In this document: positions 33,510 to 46,691 of the stretch, piece after piece
Layout of the letters: the number at the start of each line of letters is the position of its first letter
Position numbering within the stretch: the first letter of the stretch is position 1
From: Cladosporium halotolerans
Taxonomy: Eukaryota
Length of the DNA stretch: 64,000 nucleotides
Assembly (NCBI RefSeq): GCF_011745625.1
Contig: NW_027191468.1
Coordinates: 248,001 to 312,000 of the forward strand
Direction of reading: 5' to 3'
Made by a program: the position numbers and the translations under genes
The notes under the pieces: model-generated
Told to the model about the DNA's origin: nothing
The model's database searches: none
The model's input: only the letters and a program-made list of their open reading frames with translations

Positions 33510-36500
33510 TTAAGTCCTGCAATCGTGCCGAAATCGGTCACCGGTCAGCCTGTCATTCATTGCGAGAAAAAGGAAAAACGCTACACATCGCCCTGCTTCC
33601 TATCGCCAGCATCTGGGCCTTGCTGAACGTCCGCCCGCAGTCCACGGCGAGCACCGTGGCCGCGGCCTTTCTGCACGACGTAGCTGTCCAACGAGATTTG
33701 CGAAGCAGGCTGAGATCTGGGAGCGGAAGCAGAAGCGGGATGGCGGGCGTACCAGTCGATGTCACCGAGCTGCAATTTCCTCGAGCGCTGCTTGCTGCGC
33801 GTGTTGCCTGACTTGTCCATGCGGGCGGGCTGGATGTGCGGGTGGCTTTCGAGGGCTGCTTTTGTTGCGTTGTCAGCATGTTGGTTCGGATGCGCCTGGC
33901 TGGGTGGTTGCGCGAGAGCGGGCAGGAGGGGTGGCGGCGACGAGTAGCCGGAGTCGAGCGACGTGCGTCTCTTGTCGCCGCCGGTGGAGTAGTGTTGAAG
34001 CTGCTGTGCATTGTTCGCCGCTGGGGAGGCGGCCGTGTGTTGACGTTGACCGCCGCGGTTGTTCCTTGTCGGGAGGCTTTGGTTGAGCTTGCCTTTGCCG
34101 ACAAGGCGAACGCGGTTGCTGTTGGGGTTGTGAACGTAATGGAATGAGGGTTCTTCACCATCTTGCTGATCGTCCGTCAAATCGTAATTGAGGACCAGGT
34201 TCTTGATACGCTGTTGTTCCTCGCGTTCGGCTTGCTGTTGGGTGCGCATAGCAACCGCAAACGTAGAGTCCGAAGGAAGATCAATAGAGCGTGTCTGTAA
34301 TAGTGTTAGTCTCAAAAGGCCAAAAGTGTAACGTGCAACAACTCACCTGCTGCTTGGGGCCCTTCTTGCTCAAAAGAGCAAACCTCATCATGCCAGGTCC
34401 GTCAGCCGGAGACTGTGAGCGCGATTCCGCGGCATTGTCCTCAGCAGCGACGTTGGTAGTGGCATCGCGCACAGTCCGGCGCATCGGCAGCGGAACGTCA
34501 AACATGGGCTTGCGGTCAAATTTGCGCGATTCTGCACTCTCTGCCATCAGTTTTGCGAGTTCGCGATCGAACTCGGCGTCAGCTTCTGGATCTCTGTGGT
34601 CTTCCGGGCGGGTCACGACAATGTGCTCCTCCTCATCAGAGTCGGCGGCCTCCTGGCTCTCATCGTTCGGGTCGGCATTGTCTTCTTCGCCAGACTTGTC
34701 TTCAGCGCCATCACCTTCCAGCTCCTCGAGCTCGTTACCGACAGGGCGAGCGTCGTCGGAAGCGTTGCCTTCGCCATCGTCGTCGGCTTCTTCCGGCTCC
34801 GGAGTCTTACCAGCTGCGGTGTCCCGGTAGTTTTGCTTGCAAGCTTCGGCGAAAACCTTGTGAGCTTCAGGCAAGTCGCTCGTGATCAGCTTCCACTGCG
34901 GGCGCAGCAGGCTGTACGTATCATGCACCACGAACTCGATGTCCATGGGCAGCGGATCTTTGACGTTGATGTAATATTGAAGGTAGTTCAGGAAGAAGTC
35001 AAGCTTTTTCTTCGCCGCGCCCTTCTCGAAATAGATACCGCAGGTCTCGAGTAGTGTACAAACGAGGCGGATGCGGAAGTAGTCATCGGGCAGGTCGATG
35101 GGCGAGATTCTGTCAGGCTGGACGTATCCCTCGTGCCCGTAGTTGAGAATCTTGTAGAGCGTGTCGAAGATCAGAGAAGAGTCAACCATGCGGTAGATGT
35201 ATAGCTCGCCCAGGTACTTGACCTCAGCGATCCGACGCTGGTTGTACTTGAAGTCATTGAACTCAAGGCCAGCAACGATACGCTCGAGCACTTCATCCAA
35301 CACGGAGATGGCGAATGCAGTGTGATGGCGGTGAAGAGCACCCAGCATGACTGCAAGGAGATAGATGTTGCTGAACTTGATCTTCCCGGGCTTGATGAAG
35401 ATCTTCCTGAGGTATTCAACAACCTCGTCTTCCTCCCAGTGAAGTTTACGGACTTGCTTGATCACCTTCTCCAGTGACTTCTTGTTCAGGTCGAGGTAGA
35501 CGAGCTTACGAATGTACAGCTCCAAAGTGGGCCGCTCCTTCTGCTGGATAGCAGCACGCTCTGGCGGGTTGACGTAGTAGATCGCGTTTTCCAGTAGCAT
35601 ACGCTCTTGCTGTCCCAAGTGCTGTGCGGCCTTCTTGCGCTGAAGTGTCTCGAGGAACGAAGCCATACGAGGAGAAGTTTCCGGGTTGCGCAGCAGGTAC
35701 CTACCACAGTTCTCGAGAAGACTCGCGATAATTTCAATGTTCATACGTGAGAAGTCGTCAAGACTGACCTTCAGACAGTGGAAGATGACGTGCTCCGGAA
35801 CGACGCCGAACTTGGTCAGCTCAGCAATGTACCTGATGTTGACCATGCGGACTTGTCCCAGGAAGTCCTTTGATTTGCGCCTCTGCAAGCTTCGGAACTC
35901 GTCGTCCAGATAGCCGGTGAGAGCCTGAGGAATGTCCGTCAAGTAGCGTCCAAGGGTTGCTACGAGACGAGCGTAAAGCGGAAGAAGATCTGTTCTCCCC
36001 TTCGGAATCTCTTCAATCGCTTTCACAAGCCTGTTGCGAGAAGCCTTAGAGTTGAGGAATCCAAAATCGTATGCGAACTGATCGACTTGATCTTTGTTCG
36101 TGAGCTCGTGCAGATGGGCAAGCAATGCATCCACCTGTGCGCCAACAGTTTTGTTGGCAATCGCTGTAGAGCTGTCGTGGTTCTCAGGAGCGCCCGCGTC
36201 CTTGGACTCGGCACCATCTTCGGCCTTCTTGCCAACTTGCTCGTCGTTGTCTGTTTTCTTCTTCTTGGCGTCTTCCAAGAGAATCAGAGGGACACGATCT
36301 TTGAGATCCACAAGGTTTTCGTAGAAGCGACGCTCGTCCTCATCTTCCCAGATGCCGGCACCTTCACTTGAAGCACGTAGGTATTCTCCGGTCTTGACGA
36401 GCCCGATGCCACTGTCAACATTGCCACCACTGGAGTCCTTCTCCGCGAGGTCTGGCATCTCGGCTCCGAGCGCTTCTGCAAGTACCTGAGCGTTAGAGAC

Positions 36501-37648
36501 GAGCTTCTCCTGAGCTTTCATGGCCTTCTCATGGTTGGCCTGGCGATCCTCAAAGACCTCGCCAGACTTCACGTAGGCCTCCGCATTGCGTTTGTTCTGA
36601 GCAGAGAGGTGCTTCTGATCGCGGAGAATGTGGGCTTTGACATCCTCGAAGTATCGAGTGAGAATGTTACGGAAGCGTTGCTGGAGGTCTGGCGAGGTCA
36701 ATGGCGCATCCTGCGTCGACACCTCGTCCTCGTCCGTTGAAGCGGGGGTGTCCGTAGTGCCGTTGGCAGCAGTGGTCGCGCCATCTTCACCTACGGCCTG
36801 TCTGCTTTCCTTCTTCGTGCTTGCTGATCCAAGGACGTCCCAGGCAAAAGTCTTGACGAAAAGCACCACAAGCGGTAGGTTCACGTGCTCGCGGTCATGG
36901 CTCAGCATATCCTTGAGAACCTCGAGCGGGAAAGGCTCTGCCTCTGCACCGTCAGGCCGTTGTCCATTGATCTTAGCCTTCGGAGGCGCGATCTCGGTGC
37001 CTTTTGCAGTTTTGCTCGCTTCCTCAGGCTTAACCACATCTTCCAAGCTTTTCAGTACGCCAACTAGCCACAACTCAGTGGCGACTCGGAGCAGAACCCG
37101 CTGCCTTGCTATGCGCTCTTTTTCTTCCCTCTCGCGAACGTCGGGTGCAAGGGCTTTCAGTTGCGACTTGTCCGGAGTACTCAGGCCGCGGCCGATCAAC
37201 CATCCAAGATAGCAAGTGAATTCCTCGGGTCCGAATCGTTGGTGAAGCGCGCTGACCACCTCAACACCGGCGGCGACTTCTCCCGGCAACTTTAATTTGC
37301 AAATCCCCTCGAAACATGCCGAGACGATTTCTGTGAGGTATTTGTGAAGCGACAGTGTGCGGACTTCTTGAAGGAAAGTCGGGACGCCGGCGGCGTTGAT
37401 CGCGGTGCGCGCGCGTTTGATGAAAGCAGTGTTCTTCTTCAGATTGCTGTCCAGTGATCCCTGCGTGGGAAACACATCTTCTCCAGCGTTAGCTACAACC
37501 TTCTGGCACAGAAGGCTCGACCCTCATACCTTGTTCGCCAGCCCAAGCTCTGGCATTCAATTCCTTGAGCTCGCCTTTGCACCGTATTAGCTCTGGATCA
37601 TGCCCGCCTGGCTTCCCGTGTAGCCTCACGCTTCCTTTGCCGTTCCAT
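33510..37648 (-). CDS. UPF2: Nonsense-mediated decay factor Upf2; exons 37648-37630, 37574-37530, 37477-34347, 34294 onward; 3' end either spliced (33752-33517) to ...DWT* at 33510 or unspliced to the stop at 33581
   Basis: LDSNLKKNTAFIKR, three MIF4G domains (IWEDEDERRFYENLVDL, RYIAELTKF, QRRIAEVKYLGELY, DDYFRIRLVCTLLETCG), acidic linker and Upf1-binding region FALLSKKGPKQQTRSIDLP. Confidence 0.95.
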
Positions 37649-40559
37649 GGCAAGTGATTTTCCTCGGCCGCGCGGTTTGGCGCGGTGGAGGGGTCGATGG
37701 AGGGGGATTTGCTCAAGGATTCGGCATTTCAGTAACGTTTTGTTGCAAGCTTGTGGCAGAAGCTTGCATTTGCGCTGAGCGAAGGGAACCGCTCGCAAAT
37801 CTGGTCGCGGAATCTCGTGGGCGGCGTGCGAGAGTCGGGCTCGACCAAATGTTGATTGTCGGTGGCTGCTTCGGCGATGAGCAAGCGCAGCCCGGCGTTA
37901 TCGATCTGAGGGTTACGGTTCGGCCCTGCCCGTTGCGTCATGACAGTTGCCCCTCCGCCGTCTGGTCTCGTCTTGCAGGAACACAGGTTTGTGTGGAAGT
38001 GAAATTGACGCGCGACATGGCGTTGATGTGCCGTCACAGCGGCTGATATTATGAGTCAGGGGATGCTCGTCAAGAACGCAAGTTACACTCGTCGCTCGAA
38101 GCAGTCCAGCTCCTCGATCACGTGCCTGCCTTTTAGATGCCACACAGCAATGAAATGCGATGCGAAGCCATGGTCTCTCTTGATCAAGTTGTCACTGTAC
38201 ACCTGCGGTAGGTAGTAATGAAATGACGCGATCCTTGAAGACACTAGAAGTCTTTGTGACATTCGGGACCTCTGCCGATGATGCTTTAACATTCCTACCT
38301 TGAAGCATCTACACATGCAAGATCCCAAGAACACCCGACAAGCTGCTCACAGTCGCTAAATGCACAGAGAAGCTTTGGGACTCTATTACTTTACAGACGA
38401 TGAAACCGAAACGGGTTGGAAGAGATAGGATTGTTGAACATCACTGCTTGTCAAATCTTTTGTACGAAGACCCAGCTTACTGACAGTCCCTGTTCGAGAT
38501 CGTCTGATCGTTGCTCGAGATCAGGGCTTGAGCATCTTTCCCTTGTTCAGCATCTCTTGTCGAAATACGCAACCATAGCTAAGCTAATAGTAGAAATATC
38601 AAAATCGATGACTAAGAAGGGTATTCTCAAACCAGGTCACGTCTTCTGTGACAGCAATGCCTCGTTTGGTATTCTAGTCTTCACATACGGATCCCCTCAG
38701 CCACACAGCAATCAAATGTTAAGGCTGCAGAATCGACTATCAACTACCAGCGCCTAGGAGTCAACATTTTGTAGCCAAGGAGGTGTACTGTGACCAGTGC
38801 ATGATTTGGTGAAGCACGTGGGCTTGTCACGATTAGATTCAGATTGTGCCAAGACGAGTTGGCCAGTAAGCGCCTGCATCTGCATATGCACGCGTTCTTT
38901 GGGTGAGCTTCTTCATGTTGCCACGCCAGGAATAGCCCTAGCGTGCCGTAGATTTCACGAGACTTGTCCACGCATTCGCAACACCGAGCATCAGTTTCTT
39001 TTCGCCGGATGTTGCACCATTCCCCGGCGATCAAGGCAGCGAAACCGACTTGACGTCAAAGACCTGGAGACGATTTTCGTCTCCGGATTTTCTCTCCAGC
39101 CGCCGCTCAATGGAGGGACCTCGGAGGCCGGAGCCGGTGGAGGAAATCTCCACTGCAAACCGTCTCACGTGCAGGGCCCCGATTGCGCAAAGCGACCAAG
39201 CTCGACGCCGACTCGCGTCCGGCCTGCACTAGGCGGTGGAGCAGAGGGGCAGCCTTGACCACAGCTTGTCTCTACAGTTGCGAACGATCTGGACGGCTTG
39301 GGAGGACGGGCTTGGGGCTTTTATTTGTAGAGACACAAGACGGGAAATAATACGAGTTAGGGGCGCAGCGCTTCCTTGGATGGCGCCCGCCGACTTTCCT
39401 TGGCCGCTGAAAGCGAATGAACGGTCGGCTCCACGCTCATGTGCGAGCGACGCAGGGTCGGGGGTGACGACGCGCATGATTGCGAGCCCTGATAGCTGCG
39501 GTTCCTGAGAGGATTGGAGCTTGGTCGGCAGACGGCGCAGAGTCGAGCTTTGCTTTGCAGGCTTGGTGGAAAGGTGAGGTTCTTGTGTCGGACGGCGTGC
39601 GAGTGCAGCGTCGCGAGTGGGTCCATAGCGATGGGCAGGATAGACTAGACAGGGCATTTAACAGGCATATGCATCACTTCTATAAATTGCCTGCCGTCGC
39701 GTCCTGGTCTGTCGTATGCGTATGTGGCTTGCGGGCGGGAGGGTACCTGGCGAGCCGGCTCCCAACAGGCTACGTGAATCCTTGGACCCCCCCCAGCCGA
39801 GATGTGCAGGGCTTTTGGTGGAGATGAGCACAGCAGCTTTGGCCGGGCTTGCTTGCGCGCGCACACGCACGCAGCGCGAAGTCAGATGTCCTTGTCAGCG
39901 CCCAAGACGGGATAGCAGAGTCCAAGACAGCAGAAGAAAATGCGCGGCAGTGGCGAAGTCGAGAGTTATCGCTTCGCGCGGCTGGCACGCTCAAACGATC
40001 TACAGGCCTTGGCCGGCCCTCGAAGCAGTTAGGCGCCCCAACCACAGGCACCACCACCATCAACGGCGCCGCCGTTCAGAATATCCGTCACGCCCGTATC
40101 TGCGTCGCCTCCCATGCGCCTGCTGCTGCAGCCTCCAGCAGCTTTCGTGCCCGTCCTCCATCCGGCCCACGCACCTCCACCTGATCGACCGGCGCAGTCG
40201 CAGCAGCGCCGCCCGTGACCGTCGTCAGCCAGAGATCTCTTGCCAATAGACTTCCTCCAAGCCCCGATTAGCCTTCCCCGTCCCTCCCACTTCTCCGCCT
40301 CCAGCACGGACGATTGGGCCTTGCGCAGCGCTACCACCCACCCGTGCCAGCCTTACTCTCTCTGCAACGTCCCGACCCACCCGGCCTCTGGTCTCTGTCG
40401 TTCTTACCTCTTGCCATCTACTCGTCCGCACGCCTCTCGCCACTGCCCGCCTTCAGCCAACACCACCCACGCGACACACCTTCGCCCTGTCGCATCCACC
40501 CTCACTCTCGCACTGGTCCATGGGGTTTGCCTGCATCCACGTCTAGTCTCGCCTTCACA

Positions 40560-43148
40560 ATGGCTCCGGTGCGACCCACTGCGTCGCGTGCTTCCTCACG
40601 CAGTTCGTACGTCGATGCGAACGAAGACAGAGCCGCGCAACAGGCCGGTCGCTCCACATCCAACCTCGCTGCCGCCGCATCTGCACAGTCACTCCGTGAA
40701 CAGTCCCGCCCTAACTCACGAGCGCCCTCGAGATCGTCAAGCCAGCCCAACTTGCTGCGGAAGAAGAATAGAGCATCTACAGTTCCCGAGGAGCCGCTAG
40801 CACCACCCACGCAAGCCGCTGGAACCCTCCGAGCACCATCGCCAAATGTACCGGCACGCACCTCGCCACTCGCGGACAGGCATTCGACCAGCTCTAGTGA
40901 GGCCGGCAATAGCAATTCCACCAGCGAGGATGCCAAATCGACACTCCTACCAGTACCGACTGTAGTATCCAATGCCTCGAGTTCTCAGGACCAACGACCA
41001 CGAATGTTCCCTGCAGGCAATGGCTCAAATGTCAGCGTCTCGCAACAGTATCCTCCACGATCACTTCACGATCTTGGATCCGACTACACGCGATATTACA
41101 ACCCTTTCGCGACAAACAACAACTCACAGCAAGATCTGAATTCACCCCTACCTCGTACCAGTTCAGCCACGCACCTGATGGCGGGCCATGGCCTGTCCAC
41201 CGAGGAGTTGAACAAACGGTTATCGAATCCTTTTAGAGACACTAACCGCATGTCAAATCCATTCGCGTCAAACAACAACACCGCGCCCGGCACTCCAATC
41301 ACGAAAGAGAATAGCAGGGAGAAAGACAACGGTGTGATCGTCGGTGCCGCCGCTGGCACCGCTGCCGGCGGTATTGCGGCTAGCGAGATGGTCGAGAAAT
41401 CTGGCACGCCCATCATGATACGGGAAGCCGACCCGGAGAAGGCGGTGTTTTTCCCATACATGGATGACAGGCTCGGTGCGCCTATATCGGAGTTCCCGCT
41501 GTACACCGATGCCGTCGAGGACGACGATGACATGCACATGCCTCAATGGGACGACGACATCAAGCTCAAAGCGAGCTGGAAAGACCACTTCGCTCGTGGA
41601 AACCTCAGCAGTACGTTCGGCATGATTTTCATGACACTTGGTCTCCTCACGGTCTTTGTTATTTTGCCCGTCGTTTCATACACCGGCCCGGGCCTGCTAT
41701 CTTACCAGTACGAAACGCCACTCGATCAAATGCCTGGAGCATGGGACAAGCTTGATAGAAACAGCTGGTACTACGTGAATGACAGGGAGTATCCACTTCT
41801 GAAGAACCTCCGAACGGGACTCATTGATCCCGACACGCCTGCATCCGCCATGACAAGGAAGGACATCAATGGCAACACCATGAACCTCGTCTTCAGTGAC
41901 GAATTCAATGAGCAAAACCGCACGTTTTACCCTGGCGACGACCCTTACTGGTTTGGCCCTGACATTTGGTACGGCGCTACGAAAGATCTGGAGTGGTATG
42001 ACCCAGACGCTATCAACACAGGTAAGCCGAGATTGTTTGATGGAATCGGCGACCGTGATTACTGACAGTTAGCAGGTGATGGTGTTCTGTCGCTCCAGCT
42101 TGACCAATTCCCCAACCACGGCCTGCAGTACCGATCGGGTATGCTCAACTCATGGAACCAGCTCTGCTTCAAGGGCGGCGTCTTCGAGATTTCTGCCTCT
42201 CTCCCTGGACCTGGTGGTGTTCACGGTCTCTGGCCCGGTGCCTGGACAATGGGCAACCTCGGACGCCCAGGGTATTTGGCCACAACTGACGGTATGTGGC
42301 CGTACACTTACAACGACTGCGACGCCGGTATCACACCCAACCAGTCTCAGTCCGACGGCCTGAGCTACCTTCCCGGTCAGCGACTCACCTCCTGCGGCTG
42401 CAAGGGAGAAGACCACCCTACGCCTGGCAAAGGTCGCGGTGCACCCGAAATCGACATCATCGAAGTCAGTGGTGACTGGGCCGGCATGGGCGTCGCAGTC
42501 GCCACTCAATCCTTCCAAGTCGCCCCATTCGACGTCTGGTGGTACCCCAACTACGAATTCATGGAGACGCCCGACTACCGCCTCAGCTTCGTCAACACCT
42601 ACACCGGCGGGCCCTTCCAGCAAGCCGTCTCGACAACCACCATGCTCAACAACTCCTGGTACGACGGCATGCAGTATCAGAAGTACGCCTTCGAGTACGC
42701 GCCCGGCGAGGGCGAGGACGCATACATCCAGTGGTTCGTGGGCGACGACGAGATGATGAAGTTTGACGCGCGCGCGATCGGGCCCAACGGCAACGTCGGC
42801 CAGCGCCTCGTCTCCGAGGAGCCCATGAGCATGGTCATCAACCTAGGTATCTCCGAAAACTGGGTCAACATCGACTACGCCGCCCTCTCCTTCCCCACCA
42901 TCATGCGCATCGACTACGTCCGCTTGTACCAGAAGGAGGGCGAGGAGTCTGTCACCTGCGACCCGCCTGGCTACGAGACCACCGAGTACATCAAGAACCA
43001 CCCGGCCGCGTACAACAACCCCAACTTCACCCACTGGGAGGACGCGGGGTACCCATGGCCGAAGAACACGCTGATGAACGGCTGCGAAGCGGCTTCGAGC
43101 AGCAGCAGTAGCAAGAACAGCAAGAGCAACAACAACAACAACAATTGA
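40560..43148 (+). CDS. KRE6: Beta-1,6-glucan synthesis-associated protein Kre6/Skn1 (GH16 fold, type II membrane); exons 40560-42021, 42076-43148
   Basis: Single TM, LVFSDEFN...RTFYPGDDPYW, YRSGMLNSWNQLCFKGG, WPGAWTMGNLGRPGY, GRGAPEIDIIE and IDYVRLYQ. In-phase intron 42022-42075. Confidence 0.93.
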
Positions 43149-44197
43149 GCGAGTGCTCGGTCGCGGGCGCGGACGAGAGCGCGAGGGGAACGACGACGGA
43201 ATCGAACTGGACGGCGCGCAAATCTCCTCGGTGCTCTTTCTTTCTTTTTTTTTTTTTTCTCACTCTAAATTATACATTCTCGCAAATGACCCGCTTTTAA
43301 TGTAAATACGGCGGCAGACGCACTCTCGCAACTTCTCGATATGAGGCACAGGTCACCCTCCCACGTGGGAATCGACTACGCGAGTCTGACGCCGAATCTG
43401 AAGAATGCTCATCGCAGTGCGCTCTCAGCCTCGCCGCTACGCGCTTCCGTTGGATTTTCGACTACGAGGCGCCGGAAGAAGATATCTACCGAACACTAAT
43501 TCTACGGACATCGCTTCCTTCGCACCCAGTACGAATGGCAGGGCGGAAGACGAGTCGGGCGCGAGGACTCGAGTCGATGGGCAATGCTCGCTTCATATAC
43601 TTAGACGTTTGCGCATGGACAGATGACGATTGGGGTGGGGCTTACGGCGCAGCTGGTTGGAAGGAAGGCTCTTATGATTGTATATATGGATTTCGGGGGC
43701 TGGCTGGCTGACTCGCTGGCTGGCTGAAGCTGGAGGGGAGCTCACGTATGATACTTAATACTTTTCCCATGCGCGAAGTACCTTCAAGGGGTCTCACATC
43801 CTCATGGCGTGACAGCGGATGGTAGTTGTCGGTGATGGCTCCTGGCCTTCATGGCCTGTACTTGCCGGTGACTAAACCACTTGCAGCCATTCTCTTGCGG
43901 CGGCATGTGTGCCTGAAGAAGTAGGCCTGTTCGCCTGTCTATACTGCAACCACGACCGTGTAGTGACACCACGAGATATGGCCCTGTTGATCCCTCCTTT
44001 TGAGTCATCGCATGTTTCGAATGTTGGCGGAATACACGGCCCCTCCTCGCTGTCTGAGATCCACACTGAGTCAGATGCCCCCTCCCTGGATCGGCGTGCC
44101 CGGTGGAAATAGACATGGCGTGCATCGAACCCATGCGATGCAGTATCCTGTCCGAGACCCGCGGCTGTCATTTCGATGCAGTTCATACAACACCCAT

Positions 44198-46367
44198 TCA
44201 TTTGATAGCCCCATCAGCAGCATAAGCGCCCGCAAAATCCATCTGCGAAAGCTGGCCCTGTATCTGATCGATCTCGCGACTCAAATCCTCCACATTGCCC
44301 GAGAGAGCAGACACCTCGTCGAATTTCCGCCGCTTGTTCGCGTCCGCGATCATCTCCGAGACGAAGAACTTCTGCTCCTCCAAGACGATCAAGCGCTCGC
44401 GCAGCTCTTTCTCCTCAGCCTCCAAAGCCGTGACCGCAGCAGAGCTGCTGCTGCTCGCTCTGCTGCTGCTAGGTCTTGAGCCGCCGTTTGACGCTTCGTT
44501 GTATTTGATGGAAGCCAGCGCGCCTTGCGGTTTGCCGTTTGCGCCTCGAGGGCTTGGCTTGCCGCCGGGTGTGGCGTGCTTCATGATCTTGGGGATGCTC
44601 TTGAGGGGTAGCATGTGGATGTGGAGGAAATGGGTAGCTTGCTGGTGCACGGCTCTCTGTAGCCGTGATTGGGTCGGACTCTGGGTGGGCATGTCTCGTA
44701 TTCTGCGAGAGGCAAAATCGTACTGTGTGAAGGCGTCCGTGAGACGCTTGCGGACTTTCGAAGCTTCGGCTAGTTGTGCTGGAGAGGGCGGGTTTTCCGG
44801 ATCTTGGAGCGTAAGGAGCAGGCGCTGAAAGCGTGGCAGCAAGAGCCGAATGCCGTGCTCGAATTGGAGTAGGTTTTGGAATGCGCGTTGGTCGGGTGGT
44901 GGTGTGGCGAGTTCTCTCGAGAAGTCCGCTTTGCTGAATATAGTCCTGGAGCAGTCCTTGCACATTCGAACGTCGATCGCGACTTTGCCGGCGGGTTTCT
45001 CTGAGGCAGGGTCAGCCGCTACCTCTGATTAGCTCAATCTGGACAACAACTCAATAGGCAACTTACCAGTGGCAACATCAAGCCCAATCTCCGTTGAGCA
45101 ACTTGTTGCCGGGTCACCACAGACTACCCGCCCGCAGACTCGACAATGATGTCGTCGGAATGTGTATTGTGTGAATGACTGCTGGCAAAACGGGCATTCC
45201 ACTACAGAGGCATCATCTTCCCAAGACACGATAGACTGTTCCAATGCTCGAAGTTGAGGTTTGGCACCAGATATGGATGACCAGAGATAATTGCCGGCGC
45301 TTTGGGTTGGCTCGGGTGGTGGGTTTGCAAGAAGTTGGGTCAATCTTGTCAAACGAGTCTCCAGTCTGCTGACCTCCAAGTTTTTCTTGTCGACAGTTTT
45401 TCGTCTCGTCGCATTGAAGAAGTCGAAATGATTTCTTTCGAGGCCAGTGTGATCATTGTAGCCGTCTCGGCTCTTGTAGCATGCTTCGCAAACCCGACAC
45501 CAAAGACCGCGTACAGGTTCGTGCGCTGCCGATCTCGATAGCTTCATCTGATACATTGTGTGCTCCTCACAAAACAACTTTCCACAATGTCTGCAATTCA
45601 CCTGTCCTGTTGATCCACCTAGCCTCTTCCCGCACATCGGATCTGAGCATGAATCGAACCCGGTCGCTCGTTGCCAGTGGGTTCGTGTAACGACTTCATC
45701 CGGATCAACGGGAGTTTCCGGAGGATGTGTGACGATCGTGGGTTGTGTCGATGCTATGCCGCTACCTTGTCGCGAATGTGACGCTACCGTTGGAGGCGGT
45801 CGATCATCGTTGGCTTCGAAGACTTCGAGACCTCTGAGCTTCTGGTTCAGCACAGCAAGCGGCTGAAACTTCTTCGCTCTTGTCATTTGTTGCTTGAACC
45901 ATGTCTTGACCTCGTCTTGTTCAACCTCTTCCAAGTCTGTATGATTATCGTCGATATGTCTGCGTAACGGTCAGGTAATGGCGGAAAGGAGACGACGGGC
46001 CTAGCTAGTGCGTACCTACCTATTAAGCTGAAGCAGGGTCATCTGCTTCGGTCAGCGATTGTTCAGGTATGTCTTCAATCCTTGAACTACGCACCATCTC
46101 GTCATTACATATTGGGCAGACCATCCTCGAGCTAGCCGCGGCTGCCGCCTGGGCAGTGCCATGCTCGTCGAGCGCGACTCTTGCAGTTATGTCCTCATTT
46201 TCGACCGATAAGGGTGTACTCGAAGTCTGTGAGCTGAGCGATATAGAGCTTTCCGAGGGAGAGAGGCCGCCTGAAGGTCGCAGTTGTGGCTTGTGGGCTA
46301 CTGGAGGCGCGAGGTTCTTGCCGCTCCCAAGTACCCTTCCTCCTCCCAAGCTTCTTCTTGTAGCCAT
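44198..46367 (-). CDS. PEP7: Vacuolar segregation protein Pep7/Vac1/Vps19 (C2H2 + two FYVE-type domains); exons 46367-46095, 46042-46020, 45959-45067, 45000-44198
   Basis: CPICNDEMMTLLQLNRHIDDNH zinc finger assembled across two introns, FYVE RRHHCRVCGRVVC and C-terminal coiled coil RKFDEVSAL. Confidence 0.9.
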
Positions 46368-46691
46368 GATCCTCAGTCCGCCATGGATCCAAGCATCCCG
46401 TAAGACAAGCTCCTAAGACAACCGTGGAGTCTGCGCAGCGACCTTTCAGAGGCTGCCGTCCCTGGTGTCGTAGATCGGGAGCAGGCGGGGTGATCCAGGC
46501 CATGTGGTGGCTCTGAAGCTCGCTTAAGGTTTAGGCTCGCTCGGGAAGCGGCCGGGGCGCGATGACGGCATGGAACCGCGCCTCATGATAAGCAGCGCGA
46601 TATCAAAGTCCCTGGGATTCGTCGAACCGACACCGGCGAGAACGTTCACGGTTGCGCAAACCAGCAAACATCGCATCCGTCACCCATCAAA

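Noticed and set aside
42070..42075. Tandem TAGCAG acceptor in the KRE6 intron
   Set aside because: The proximal TAG is only a few nt from the branch motif, so CAG is the likely site; the effect would be one residue.
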